This document shows, one piece after another, positions 55,935-64,000 of a stretch of DNA of 64,000 nt. A program made the position numbers and the translations under genes. The notes under the pieces were generated by a model. The model was given only the letters and a program-made list of their open reading frames with translations, was not told the DNA's origin and ran no database searches. The stretch lies in the sequence record SRR31156797_661, one strand, 5' to 3'. Positions within the stretch are counted from its first letter, which is position 1, and the number at the start of each line of letters is the position of its first letter.

Positions 55935-57320
55935 TTAAAGCAGCGGGGCGACTAACCTTGCCGCACCTTCCACGGTATCGCGGACCATTCCAACAGGAAC
56001 AGTTCCCTCGGTGCTGACGTCGATAAGTCCCTGAACCCAGTCGTTTACTGGCTTAACATCAGCTTCAGAATAGGAGAACATAACTATTTCATAGTTGAGG
56101 AACAGGCTGCGCATATCCATGTTTGCTGAGCCCACAACTGCCAGTCGATCATCAACTACAATGACTTTGGCATGGACCATGTGCGGATATTTAACCACCC
56201 GACCTCCGCATTGCTCCAGATCACGCAGGTGCGTACCCCGGGCAAGGTCAGCCAGTTTGTGGTTTGATTTTGCCGGAACAACTACCCGCAGGTCTACTCC
56301 GCGCAGGGCTGCCAGACGCAGGGCCTGTGCAAGGGCTTCGTCGGGTACGTAGTAGGGAGTAACGATCCAGAGTCGTTTTTCAGCAGTGAAAGCTGCGGTG
56401 AGCAGGGCGTCGTGTACCGGGTCACGCGGTACGTCAGGTCCTGATGGAACGACCTGCATGACTCCGTCTCCGCTGACAGCAGAACCTTTGGTGCAGGGAG
56501 GAATGATGTTTACTTTTTCTCCGTGTGCAAAGAGCCAGTCTGATTGAAATACTTCAATGTAGTGGCGTACAGCCGGACCCTGCAGCACAAAGGAAAGGTC
56601 GGTCCAACGATCTTCGCATGGCTTGGGGCCGATGTATTCATTGGCGATGTTGGTTCCTCCTGCCAGCACAATCTTCTGGTCGGCAATGGCTATCTTGCGA
56701 TGGTTGCGCAGGTTGCTGTTGCCGTGGAAGGGGGCACGGAAAAGAGGCATGAAATAGGCAACCTTGCCCCCGTTATCGATAAGTTTTCTCAGGAAGCGAC
56801 GGGAAGTGAACAGGGAACCTATATCATCCAGCAGCAGCCTCACGGTAACTCCTGAAGCGGCCTTGCGGGCCAGCCTTTCCACAATGTCTTTACCCACTTC
56901 GTCCCGTGAGAGAATGAAGGTGGTTATCAGGATTTGGTGCTCAGCGTTTTCAATAAGCTTGACCAGTTCCGTGTAGATGTCGATGCCTGTTGGGCAGAGC
57001 CGGACCTTGTTGCCGCTGGTTGCACCGGGAATACCGTATTCACGCAGCATGGCGTCAATGGGGTCGGCATCTTCAGCGGGAACGGTTTCCTGCACTTCAA
57101 GATGGATATCCTCTTTGGTGTGGGCATCCCGTTTGAGTTTACGGCCTCCGAAAATGAGATAAAAGGGGACGCCGACGTATGGTACAAAGAAAATTGCCAG
57201 CAGCCACGCAAAGGCTGCCGAAGATGTGCGTTGCTTGCGCAGGATGGACATAACCAGAATTGCAGCCAGCAAAAAACCGCCTACAACCGCGAGGTGTCCA
57301 AATAAGAGATTCCATTCCAT
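55935..57320 (-). CDS. cls: Cardiolipin synthase (PLD family)
   Basis: Two N-terminal TMs; HRKIAIAD and HAKVIVVD HKD motifs; SGPD, TPYYVP, GSANMD.RS. Confidence 0.9.
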   Translation of the reverse strand: MEWNLLFGHLAVVGGFLLAAILVMSILRKQRTSSAAFAWLLAIFFVPYVGVPFYLIFGGRKLKRDAHTKEDIHLEVQETVPAEDADPIDAMLREYGIPGATSGNKVRLCPTGIDIYTELVKLIENAEHQILITTFILSRDEVGKDIVERLARKAASGVTVRLLLDDIGSLFTSRRFLRKLIDNGGKVAYFMPLFRAPFHGNSNLRNHRKIAIADQKIVLAGGTNIANEYIGPKPCEDRWTDLSFVLQGPAVRHYIEVFQSDWLFAHGEKVNIIPPCTKGSAVSGDGVMQVVPSGPDVPRDPVHDALLTAAFTAEKRLWIVTPYYVPDEALAQALRLAALRGVDLRVVVPAKSNHKLADLARGTHLRDLEQCGGRVVKYPHMVHAKVIVVDDRLAVVGSANMDMRSLFLNYEIVMFSYSEADVKPVNDWVQGLIDVSTEGTVPVGMVRDTVEGAARLVAPLL

Positions 57321-57672
57321 GTCAGTTCCTGAATAGGGTTTAATCATTTATTACCGGACCTTGTTCAGCCCTGTAGACAGCTTAGCAGTATTTTAATTGT
57401 AAGGTAAACAATTAAACGGAGCCGGAAAAAGAGTAGTTTTCTGAAGTGCAAATGTTTATGTCATTAATGCTTTCTTTTTGGTATCCTTAGGGATAAATCC
57501 TTGGTGTATTGTCCTTTATAATGATCTAATATATGATAAATAGTGTTGTTGCTGATTTTTATTGCCGCAAAGGAAGCTGAATTTCCGATGGTTTCACGCG
57601 TCAGTTTCAGAGTTGTTGTTTGATAGTTTTTATTTCTCGCCCGGGAATGGGTAATATTGAGGGAGTTTCTTA

Positions 57673-58839
57673 ATGGGGTCCAGCAGTCCTAATATCAAGT
57701 CCTTTTACAAAGGGCAGGAAATTTTCAAGGAAGGACAGGAGAGTTCAGTCGCCTATATGATCAAAAAAGGCGCAGTGAACATCTACAAGGTCCAGAATAA
57801 TGAAAAAATCATCCTTGCCCGTCTAGGGGAAGGCGAGATCTTCGGTGAAATGGGCATTATCTCCAAGGGAGCCCGTTCAGCAAATGCCGAAGCCGCTGAG
57901 TACTGTGACCTTGTCATTCTTACCGATCAGATCATTCTAAAGCTTCTGGACCAGTGTCCGCGTACGGTCCAATATATGACCCGGCTACTGGTCAAGCGGC
58001 TGCATCGAACCGGTGAAATGATTTCAGCTAAGGGACACCGCAGCAATTTTACAAGCATCTGCAATATCCTTGATCTTGCCTACCGAACCCATATCAGCAT
58101 GGATCGAGAGCAGGCCCGCAAAGAACGCAATCATGATCTCGGCCTTGATTACAATAAGCTCTGCAAAACAATCCGCAGTATTATTCTCGTTTCTCAGAGT
58201 GAGATAGACGCAGTGATCAGCAAGCTCAAAAGCTTGAAGATTATCGACGCCATTGATTTACGAACCGGAAAAGCCTTTCCTGATCGCTTTATCCAGATTT
58301 CCGATCCTGATAATTTTCTTGAAGTTGCCAACAACCTGTTCAAGGAGCTACAGCAGACCGCCTACACTCCCACATCTGACCTGCAGATTGTGGATATCTA
58401 CGAAATTTCTGAAATGCTGGAGAGTGATCCCAAGATCATCTACAAAAAAATCGCACAGGAAGATTTTCCGGAAACCATGTTCATGTTTGACCGTAACAAG
58501 GTTAGTGACTGGGCATCTGAAAAAGAGCCGGACTACTTCAGCAAGGTTAAGAAAAAGAAGAAATCCATTGAAGAGTTGGAGGACATCGAAGACATCGTCT
58601 ACGTGGACAATGCTACTCTCAAGGAAGTATTCACCCGTTTGGGTTACCATAAACTGGGCGTGCTGATGAGCATTGCAGAGGATGATGCCCGCAAGAAGAT
58701 TCTGGCCAACCTTGCCAAGAAGATTGCCAAGATCGTGCAGGATGAAGTCCGTGATAATGTGGATGAGACTGAGGCTGAAGACGTGCTCACCGAGCTTTTT
58801 GAGATGGTCCGGGAAATCAAAGGAGGGGATAAGAAGTGA
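57673..58839 (+). CDS. cNMP-binding domain protein with putative HTH modules and a C-terminal FliG_C-like domain
   Basis: IFKEG...FGEMG...RSANA cNMP cassette; C-terminus IEDIVYVDN...RKKILANLAKKIAKIVQDEV...VREI aligns by eye with the FliG C-domain; GAGGGAG RBS. Confidence 0.8.
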   Translation: MGSSSPNIKSFYKGQEIFKEGQESSVAYMIKKGAVNIYKVQNNEKIILARLGEGEIFGEMGIISKGARSANAEAAEYCDLVILTDQIILKLLDQCPRTVQYMTRLLVKRLHRTGEMISAKGHRSNFTSICNILDLAYRTHISMDREQARKERNHDLGLDYNKLCKTIRSIILVSQSEIDAVISKLKSLKIIDAIDLRTGKAFPDRFIQISDPDNFLEVANNLFKELQQTAYTPTSDLQIVDIYEISEMLESDPKIIYKKIAQEDFPETMFMFDRNKVSDWASEKEPDYFSKVKKKKKSIEELEDIEDIVYVDNATLKEVFTRLGYHKLGVLMSIAEDDARKKILANLAKKIAKIVQDEVRDNVDETEAEDVLTELFEMVREIKGGDKK

Positions 58840-59612
58840 ATATAGCCACCATAATCGGTATATTCTTCGGTATTGCCATCCTCATGGTTGCTACCTACAC
58901 TTCCACTGATTCCGTGGGTGTATTTATCAATATTCCCGGTATTGCAATTGTAGGTGGGGGAACCATTGCTTCCACCTTTATCTGTTATCCGTTGCGCGAA
59001 GTAATGCGCGTGCTCGGTGTATTCATGATGGCCATGGGGGCTGACGAACTGCCTCTTGAAAACTACATCAACGTTATTGTCGGACTTTCCAAGGATGTTT
59101 CTTCCAAAGGGGAGGAGCACCTTGAGGGTAGTCTCAAAAATATCGAGAACGATTTTCTGCGTGAAGGATTGCAGATGCTTGTGGACGGTTATTCCAAGGA
59201 AGAGATCAAGGAGATTCTTGATAACCGCATCCAGCAGTATCACGAACAGGAATACAGTGCCGCCGGGATTTACCGGACCATGTCCACCCTTTCTCCGGCC
59301 TTCGGTATTATCGGGACCCTGATTGGTCTTATTGCCATGATGCAGGGTATGGGCGCAGATATTGCCGCCATCGGTCCGGCTATGGCAACAGCCTTGACTA
59401 CCACTCTCTACGGTGCGCTTTTTGCCAACATGCTTTTCATGCCTATTGCCATTAAGGTTGAGAAACGAATTGACGAGATTACCCTGCTCATGCGGGTTAT
59501 CCGTGACGGTATTCTGTTCATCAAGGACAAGACCCCGTCTGCCATCGTCATGGATAAGCTCAAGGGTTACCTGCCCCCGCGTAAGTGGGCTACAGTTAAA
59601 GCGAAGAAGTAG
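58836..59612 (+). CDS. motA: Second stator A subunit (MotA/PomA-like)
   Basis: FLREGLQMLVDG, PAFGIIGTLIGL, ALTTTLYG; GTG start overlaps the upstream TGA (GTGA). Confidence 0.9.
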   Translation: MNIATIIGIFFGIAILMVATYTSTDSVGVFINIPGIAIVGGGTIASTFICYPLREVMRVLGVFMMAMGADELPLENYINVIVGLSKDVSSKGEEHLEGSLKNIENDFLREGLQMLVDGYSKEEIKEILDNRIQQYHEQEYSAAGIYRTMSTLSPAFGIIGTLIGLIAMMQGMGADIAAIGPAMATALTTTLYGALFANMLFMPIAIKVEKRIDEITLLMRVIRDGILFIKDKTPSAIVMDKLKGYLPPRKWATVKAKK

Positions 59613-59624
59613 GCAGAGTGCATT

Positions 59625-60350
59625 ATGTCGGATGATTTCAGTCTGAAAAAGCCTGCACAGGGCGGAGAGGAGGGCGGCTGGGCCCTGACTTTGGCAGATA
59701 TGATGACTCTGCTGCTCTGCTTTTTTGTGCTTTTGCTGGCCATCGCCGATGTTGACCAGAACAAATATAAAGATGTTTCCGATTCACTGGCCTCGGCTAT
59801 GGGGGTGCCTGTGCCGCCTAAAGGTGAGGCAGACACCTTTGAAGGTGCTCCGGTTGCCCGCAGGGTGATCAGTGATGAGCAACGCAATATTTTTGAAATG
59901 CAGCTGGAGATGGCCCGGCTGGTAGGTCGTGAATCTGATGCTTTGAAGATCAAGATGCGCCCTGATTCCGTAGCCATAGTGCTTAAGGGCGGTTTCTTTT
60001 TTCCCAGCGGCAAGGCTGACCTGACCCGTGGAGCCAAGAGGGTTCTGGCCAAGATCGCACCCACTCTTGCCAAGTCTCCATATGACGTGGTTGTCGAAGG
60101 CCATTCCGACAATATCCCCATGAGATCAAAACAGTTCCCGTCTAACTGGGAGCTTTCTTCAGCCCGGGCCAGTGCCGTTGCCCGCTACCTGCTCAATAAT
60201 GGATTCAGCAAGGATCGCATTAAAGTGCTGGGTATGGCTGATACAGTACCTGCCTATCCCAACGTAGATGAAAACGGCAAAGCCATTCCCGCTAACCAGA
60301 AGCGCAACCGCAGGGTTGTCTTGTTAGTTTATCCGCCTAAGAAGAATTAA
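59625..60350 (+). CDS. motB: Stator B subunit (MotB/PomB-like) with OmpA-like peptidoglycan-binding domain
   Basis: WALTLADMMTLLLCFFVLL; EGHSD, NWELSSARA, NRRV. Confidence 0.9.
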   Translation: MSDDFSLKKPAQGGEEGGWALTLADMMTLLLCFFVLLLAIADVDQNKYKDVSDSLASAMGVPVPPKGEADTFEGAPVARRVISDEQRNIFEMQLEMARLVGRESDALKIKMRPDSVAIVLKGGFFFPSGKADLTRGAKRVLAKIAPTLAKSPYDVVVEGHSDNIPMRSKQFPSNWELSSARASAVARYLLNNGFSKDRIKVLGMADTVPAYPNVDENGKAIPANQKRNRRVVLLVYPPKKN

Positions 60351-60351
60351 A

Positions 60352-60390
60352 AAAGAAAAAGGGGATCGGTTATCGATCCCCTTTTTCTTT
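60352..60390. terminator. Bidirectional intrinsic terminator
   Basis: aaagaaaaaggggatcg...cgatcccctttttcttt. Confidence 0.88.
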
Positions 60391-61362
60391 TTATTCTTTC
60401 TCAACAACTTCCCGTATCTGATACGTCTTTGTTCCCATGACCGCGTCATAGGTGTTGGCTAACGATTCAAGGATGAATCCTGTGGACATGAAGCCCAGTG
60501 AGCTCAGGTAGAGCAGGATGCAGCCCATGAATGGCGGACGGGTGCCCATGTGGACTCCGAAGAAAACTTTTTCATAAAGCAGCCAGATCATGACCAGCGA
60601 GGCAAGCATGAACATGAGCAGGCTGATGCGTCCGAAAAGATAGATGGGGCGTTGCTTGAATGAGGACTGGAACCAGAGCATGACGATGTCGAAAAGAACG
60701 TCAATGGACCGGGACAGACCATAGTGGCTTTCCCCGGCAAAGCGCGGGGGGGCGGAAATGGGTACCTCGGAAGTGGAACCGCCCATGCCGTAAACCAGCG
60801 CAGGGATGAGTCTGTGCTGTCCTTCTCGCAGGGTCATGGAGCGGGCCAGCTTGCCTTTGAGTACGGAAAGTCCGCCCATATCTTTTACCTGACAGCCGCT
60901 GGTTGCGCGCATGAGGTAGTTGGCGATCTTGCTGGGTAGCTTACGCTTGATCATGGATTCGCCGCGATTGGTGCGGCACCCGGAAACAAGGTCGTAACCT
61001 TTGCGGATTTCTTCAATTAGGGACGGTACTTCTTCAGGCTTATGCTGGAGGTCTCCGTCCATGATAACAACATAGCATCCCTGACTTTCCTGAATGCCGG
61101 CGTAGATTGCAGTGCATTGTCCACGATTGCGCGCCAGCATGACTCCTTTGAGATTAGGGTCATCATCAGCAAGTTCACGAATAATGGATTCGGTGCTGTC
61201 GGTGGAACCGTCATTGACCAGCAGGATCTCATAGGTGGTGTTCATTCCCTGCAGGGCAGCAGTAATGCGTTTGTGGAATTCACGTACACAGCCTTCTTCA
61301 TTGTGCATGGGAGTGACAATACTGACTTCTATCTCTCTTTTACATTCTTCAGTTTCTATCAT
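60391..61362 (-). CDS. GT2 polyprenol-phosphate glycosyltransferase (ArnC/GtrB-like)
   Basis: P.HNEE, NDGSTD, RNRGQ, DGDLQH, RFAGESHY, two C-terminal TMs. Confidence 0.88.
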   Translation of the reverse strand: MIETEECKREIEVSIVTPMHNEEGCVREFHKRITAALQGMNTTYEILLVNDGSTDSTESIIRELADDDPNLKGVMLARNRGQCTAIYAGIQESQGCYVVIMDGDLQHKPEEVPSLIEEIRKGYDLVSGCRTNRGESMIKRKLPSKIANYLMRATSGCQVKDMGGLSVLKGKLARSMTLREGQHRLIPALVYGMGGSTSEVPISAPPRFAGESHYGLSRSIDVLFDIVMLWFQSSFKQRPIYLFGRISLLMFMLASLVMIWLLYEKVFFGVHMGTRPPFMGCILLYLSSLGFMSTGFILESLANTYDAVMGTKTYQIREVVEKE

Positions 61363-62231
61363 GATTTAATCTCTCCGCTACGGGGATCGATCTGCCCGTA
61401 GTTGACGGGGGTAGCCCCCAGTTCTTGAAATATTTTTAGCCATTCCTTGTGGAGCAGGGATTCTGACTCTTCCTTCCATTGCGCTTCTACCCGCATGGGA
61501 CCGAATTCAGACGGCAACGGGCCATCTCCCTGTTCCGGGAGTCCGGGATGGCAGACGATTTCTACTATTTCAGGTCGATAAAATTCGACGTATTTCTTAA
61601 AAAGATGCGGGGCCAGATTTTCTTTCTGGTCGCCGATTCCCCAGACGCAATCGGCCGTGCGCGGCTCCTTGCCGGGAAAGCTTGCTCCGAGGCAGAGCTG
61701 TAAAAATCTGGTGCGCAGCATGCCTTTGTCAAAACGATTCAGGGGCGTGTGCTCGAAGGGTCGGCGTATCCACTTAATTCCGTACTTATTGGCAATTTTA
61801 CCTGCCAGATTGTAGAGTCCGGGCCAGGCATGAATGTGTTTTTCGCTATCAAAGTGGGTCAAACGGACCTTGTGATCGAGCAGGTATTCCACCTGTGCGG
61901 ACCATTCTTTTTCCACCTCGGAAAGCTTGATGCGACCGCTCATGTAGCGCAAGAGCAGGGATGTGTAGTTGCCGAAAAGCAGCCCGTCATCATCCACAAG
62001 ACTGGGGATGTGGTCCGGGTTGGAGATGGGTTTGCCGCGCAGCAGGTTTAAGTGCGCACCAAGTCCCAGCCCTTCGTATTTGTCCTGCAAAAGCACGGAC
62101 TCAGATAAATCCGGCCCGTTGGCAAGAGTGGTGGACGAGGTAACAACCCCGGCTTCGGCAAGTTGGTCCACTGCCCGGCGTACAGCCGGATGCAGTCCGA
62201 GATCATCCACATTTATTACAACTAGCATCAT
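61359..62231 (-). CDS. YdjC/ChbG/HpnK family deacetylase
   Basis: NVDDLG, GAHLNL, THFDSEKHIH, EIVCHPG. Confidence 0.88.
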   Translation of the reverse strand: MMLVVINVDDLGLHPAVRRAVDQLAEAGVVTSSTTLANGPDLSESVLLQDKYEGLGLGAHLNLLRGKPISNPDHIPSLVDDDGLLFGNYTSLLLRYMSGRIKLSEVEKEWSAQVEYLLDHKVRLTHFDSEKHIHAWPGLYNLAGKIANKYGIKWIRRPFEHTPLNRFDKGMLRTRFLQLCLGASFPGKEPRTADCVWGIGDQKENLAPHLFKKYVEFYRPEIVEIVCHPGLPEQGDGPLPSEFGPMRVEAQWKEESESLLHKEWLKIFQELGATPVNYGQIDPRSGEIKS

Positions 62232-62307
62232 ACCTCCGGTTTCAGACCCGGCAGTTTAAATGCATGTGGCGTGAAGGTAAAGTAAAATGGTGCGGCAGAG
62301 CGCGAGA

Positions 62308-62526
62308 TCAGCCAAAATCGCTGATTTTGGCTTGAGAGCGGACCAGATTGATGGCAATTTCTCCGATGGCAGGGCGGTAGGTCCCGGCCCGGATCTGGTC
62401 GCGGAGTTTGTTTAGTTTTTTCAGCCGTTCAGCAGAATCTTCCTCATTAAAAGAGGCGGCTTGCTTTTCAGGCGTAAGTGTACAGGACAGCATAATGCCG
62501 TCTATATCAGTCTTGTCGAAAGTCAT
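62308..62526 (-). CDS. flgM: Short FlgM-like anti-sigma-28 factor
   Basis: RLKKLNKLRDQIRAGTYRPAIGEIA C-terminal motif; GGAGGGGAG RBS; upstream sigma28-like promoter. Confidence 0.7.
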   Translation of the reverse strand: MTFDKTDIDGIMLSCTLTPEKQAASFNEEDSAERLKKLNKLRDQIRAGTYRPAIGEIAINLVRSQAKISDFG

Positions 62527-62588
62527 CTCCCCTCCCGGAGTGGTTTTTCAACTATCCTATCTATGCTTTTTGTGTGTGGTTAATAATC

Positions 62589-62615
62589 CTATCGTCCGTT
62601 TGCCGGGGATATTTA
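62589..62615 (-). promoter_or_regulatory. Sigma-28 (FliA)-type promoter
   Basis: Minus strand TAAA-N15-GACGATAG versus consensus TAAA-N15-GCCGATAA. Confidence 0.6.
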
Positions 62616-62798
62616 GTGCAGAGTGCTAAATAAATATTTTAAAGTCTGTGTATGTAATGCCATGTAATAACATGGTTTTTTGGGTGTGTGAAAGATTGGT
62701 AATTCAGCAAAGTTGCTGTAAATTTTGATTTAATTTAGTCTTGCACAACTTTTAAAAAATGTTTTGCTTGTTTTAATAATTTAAATACCCTCCAGAAA

Positions 62799-63425
62799 AT
62801 GAATGCTGATATATTAGGATATTTTGCTGCCGGGGCTGCTTTGGGCCTTGGCGCAGGAATGACTCCCGGCCCTTTATTGACCCTTGTGCTGAGCCAGACC
62901 ATGGCCCATGGTCCCAAAGAGGGGGTCAAGGTGGCCTTTGCGCCATTGCTTACGGACCTGCCTATTCTTTGTGTTTGCTTGCTGGCAATGTCATGGATAA
63001 ATACCCATCCGATGTTTATGGGGATTGTTTCATGCGCCGGAGCAGTCGTTGTAACGATGTTCGGGATCGACTGTTTTAAAACAAAAGCAATTGCTTTGAC
63101 AGGAATTGAGGTCAAGCCCGGATCGTTGAAGAAAGGCATGTTGACTAATTATATGAATCCCCATGTATATATTTTCTGGGCCACAGTGGGGGCTCCGACG
63201 GTCATTGGAGCTAGCGATTACGGGGCTTCAGGGCCGATTTTGTTTTTGGGAGGTTTTTACGGATGCATAATTGGGGCTAAGATTGTGATTGCCTGTCTTG
63301 CCGGAAAATTCAAATCCCTGCTTTCCAGCAGAGCTTACCTGATAGTCATGCGTTTTTTAGGATTGGCGCTTTTTGTTTTTGCTGCCTTTCTGATTAGAGA
63401 CGGTTATTATTTTTTTGCTTCCTGA
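62799..63425 (+). CDS. LysE family translocator
   Basis: TPGP, NPHVYIFW, about six TMs. Confidence 0.88.
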   Translation: MNADILGYFAAGAALGLGAGMTPGPLLTLVLSQTMAHGPKEGVKVAFAPLLTDLPILCVCLLAMSWINTHPMFMGIVSCAGAVVVTMFGIDCFKTKAIALTGIEVKPGSLKKGMLTNYMNPHVYIFWATVGAPTVIGASDYGASGPILFLGGFYGCIIGAKIVIACLAGKFKSLLSSRAYLIVMRFLGLALFVFAAFLIRDGYYFFAS

Positions 63426-63447
63426 TTTCTGGCTTCTTACAAAAATT

Positions 63448-63490
63448 AAAGCGGCGGCACCGTAATTATACTGTGCCGCCGCTTTTTATT
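63448..63490. terminator. Hairpin terminator between convergent genes
   Basis: aaagcggcggcac...gtgccgccgcttttt. Confidence 0.8.
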
Positions 63491-63522
63491 TGCTTATGGT
63501 ACGGCTTAGCCGCTGGAGGTTT

Positions 63523-64000
63523 TTATAATACATCCACCAGATCGAGTTCAAGTCCGGATTCTTCCATGGCTTTCTTGCTGCCGAGTACAACGATATCTCC
63601 GTGCTCAGCTACAGATTTGGCTGCATCTCCGAAGTTACGGAAATCCTGCTCGCTGCAATTCAGCACCTGCTCGCGGATATCCTGCCTGAAGGCTGCATCC
63701 TCGCCGCTGAGATGACGGACCATGGAGGTGTAGCCCTTGGCATCGGGCAGCATGTAATTGTCGATTTCTCCGATTCCGCCAAGAATGGCTTTTTCCAACT
63801 CGTCGCTGTTCACTTCAAGAGTGTTTAAATATTCGGCAACACCGTCATAGGTGTCGATGGTGCGGGTCAGGTTGGGATCCCGGTAGGAGACAAAACTCAG
63901 GCTACCGGAAGCACGGTCAAACATGGAGAATGAACCGTAGGCCCCACCCTGTACACGGACTTTGTCCCAGAGATAACCGGTACGCAGATAGCGGCTGATT
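63523..64000 (-). CDS. C-terminal part of an M16C/presequence protease (insulinase family), 5' end outside the window
   Basis: The frame continues to the window edge: YLWDKVRVQGGAYG...SYRDPN. Confidence 0.85.
   Translation of the reverse strand, partial: ISRYLRTGYLWDKVRVQGGAYGSFSMFDRASGSLSFVSYRDPNLTRTIDTYDGVAEYLNTLEVNSDELEKAILGGIGEIDNYMLPDAKGYTSMVRHLSGEDAAFRQDIREQVLNCSEQDFRNFGDAAKSVAEHGDIVVLGSKKAMEESGLELDLVDVL

Noticed and set aside
57590-57605. Third parS candidate (gtttcacgcg...)
   Set aside because: Only the left half matches; the right arm (tcagt) is not palindromic.
57673-60350. Zorya-type anti-phage system (ZorAB are MotAB-like)
   Set aside because: The A subunit is a normal 258-aa PomA/MotA-type protein without the long ZorA tail, and no zorC/D/E-like helicase or nuclease genes are adjacent.

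Overview
64 kb of bacterial chromosome. Gene content and order look like Desulfovibrionaceae (Maridesulfovibrio-like; an inference, no search run). The window is probably origin-proximal, since it holds parA, parB and two parS palindromes. Most of it is housekeeping: an RND permease, topA, era-yggS-motA-motB-motB-fliL-fliN-fliO-fliP-fliQ, a TrmH methyltransferase, an MltD-like transglycosylase, aroE, a four-subunit 2-oxoacid:ferredoxin oxidoreductase, queA, coaBC, nfeD/SPFH, parA/parB, a heptose kinase, a PP2C-STAS-Mla/MCE cluster, pfk, pyrBC and cls. I saw no rRNA, tRNA, CRISPR array, integrase or transposase. The best candidate for an undescribed system is the three-gene operon at 57673-60350. 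Its first protein joins a cNMP-binding domain, two putative HTH modules and a FliG C-terminal-like domain. It is translationally coupled to a second motA-motB pair whose rotor-contact loop has diverged in a charge-complementary way. The second candidate is a roughly 330-nt structured leader with an 11-codon uORF upstream of an RNHCP-domain gene and an rsgA homologue, which looks like a ribosome-sensing attenuator. All domain calls are by-eye motif recognition, not database results.
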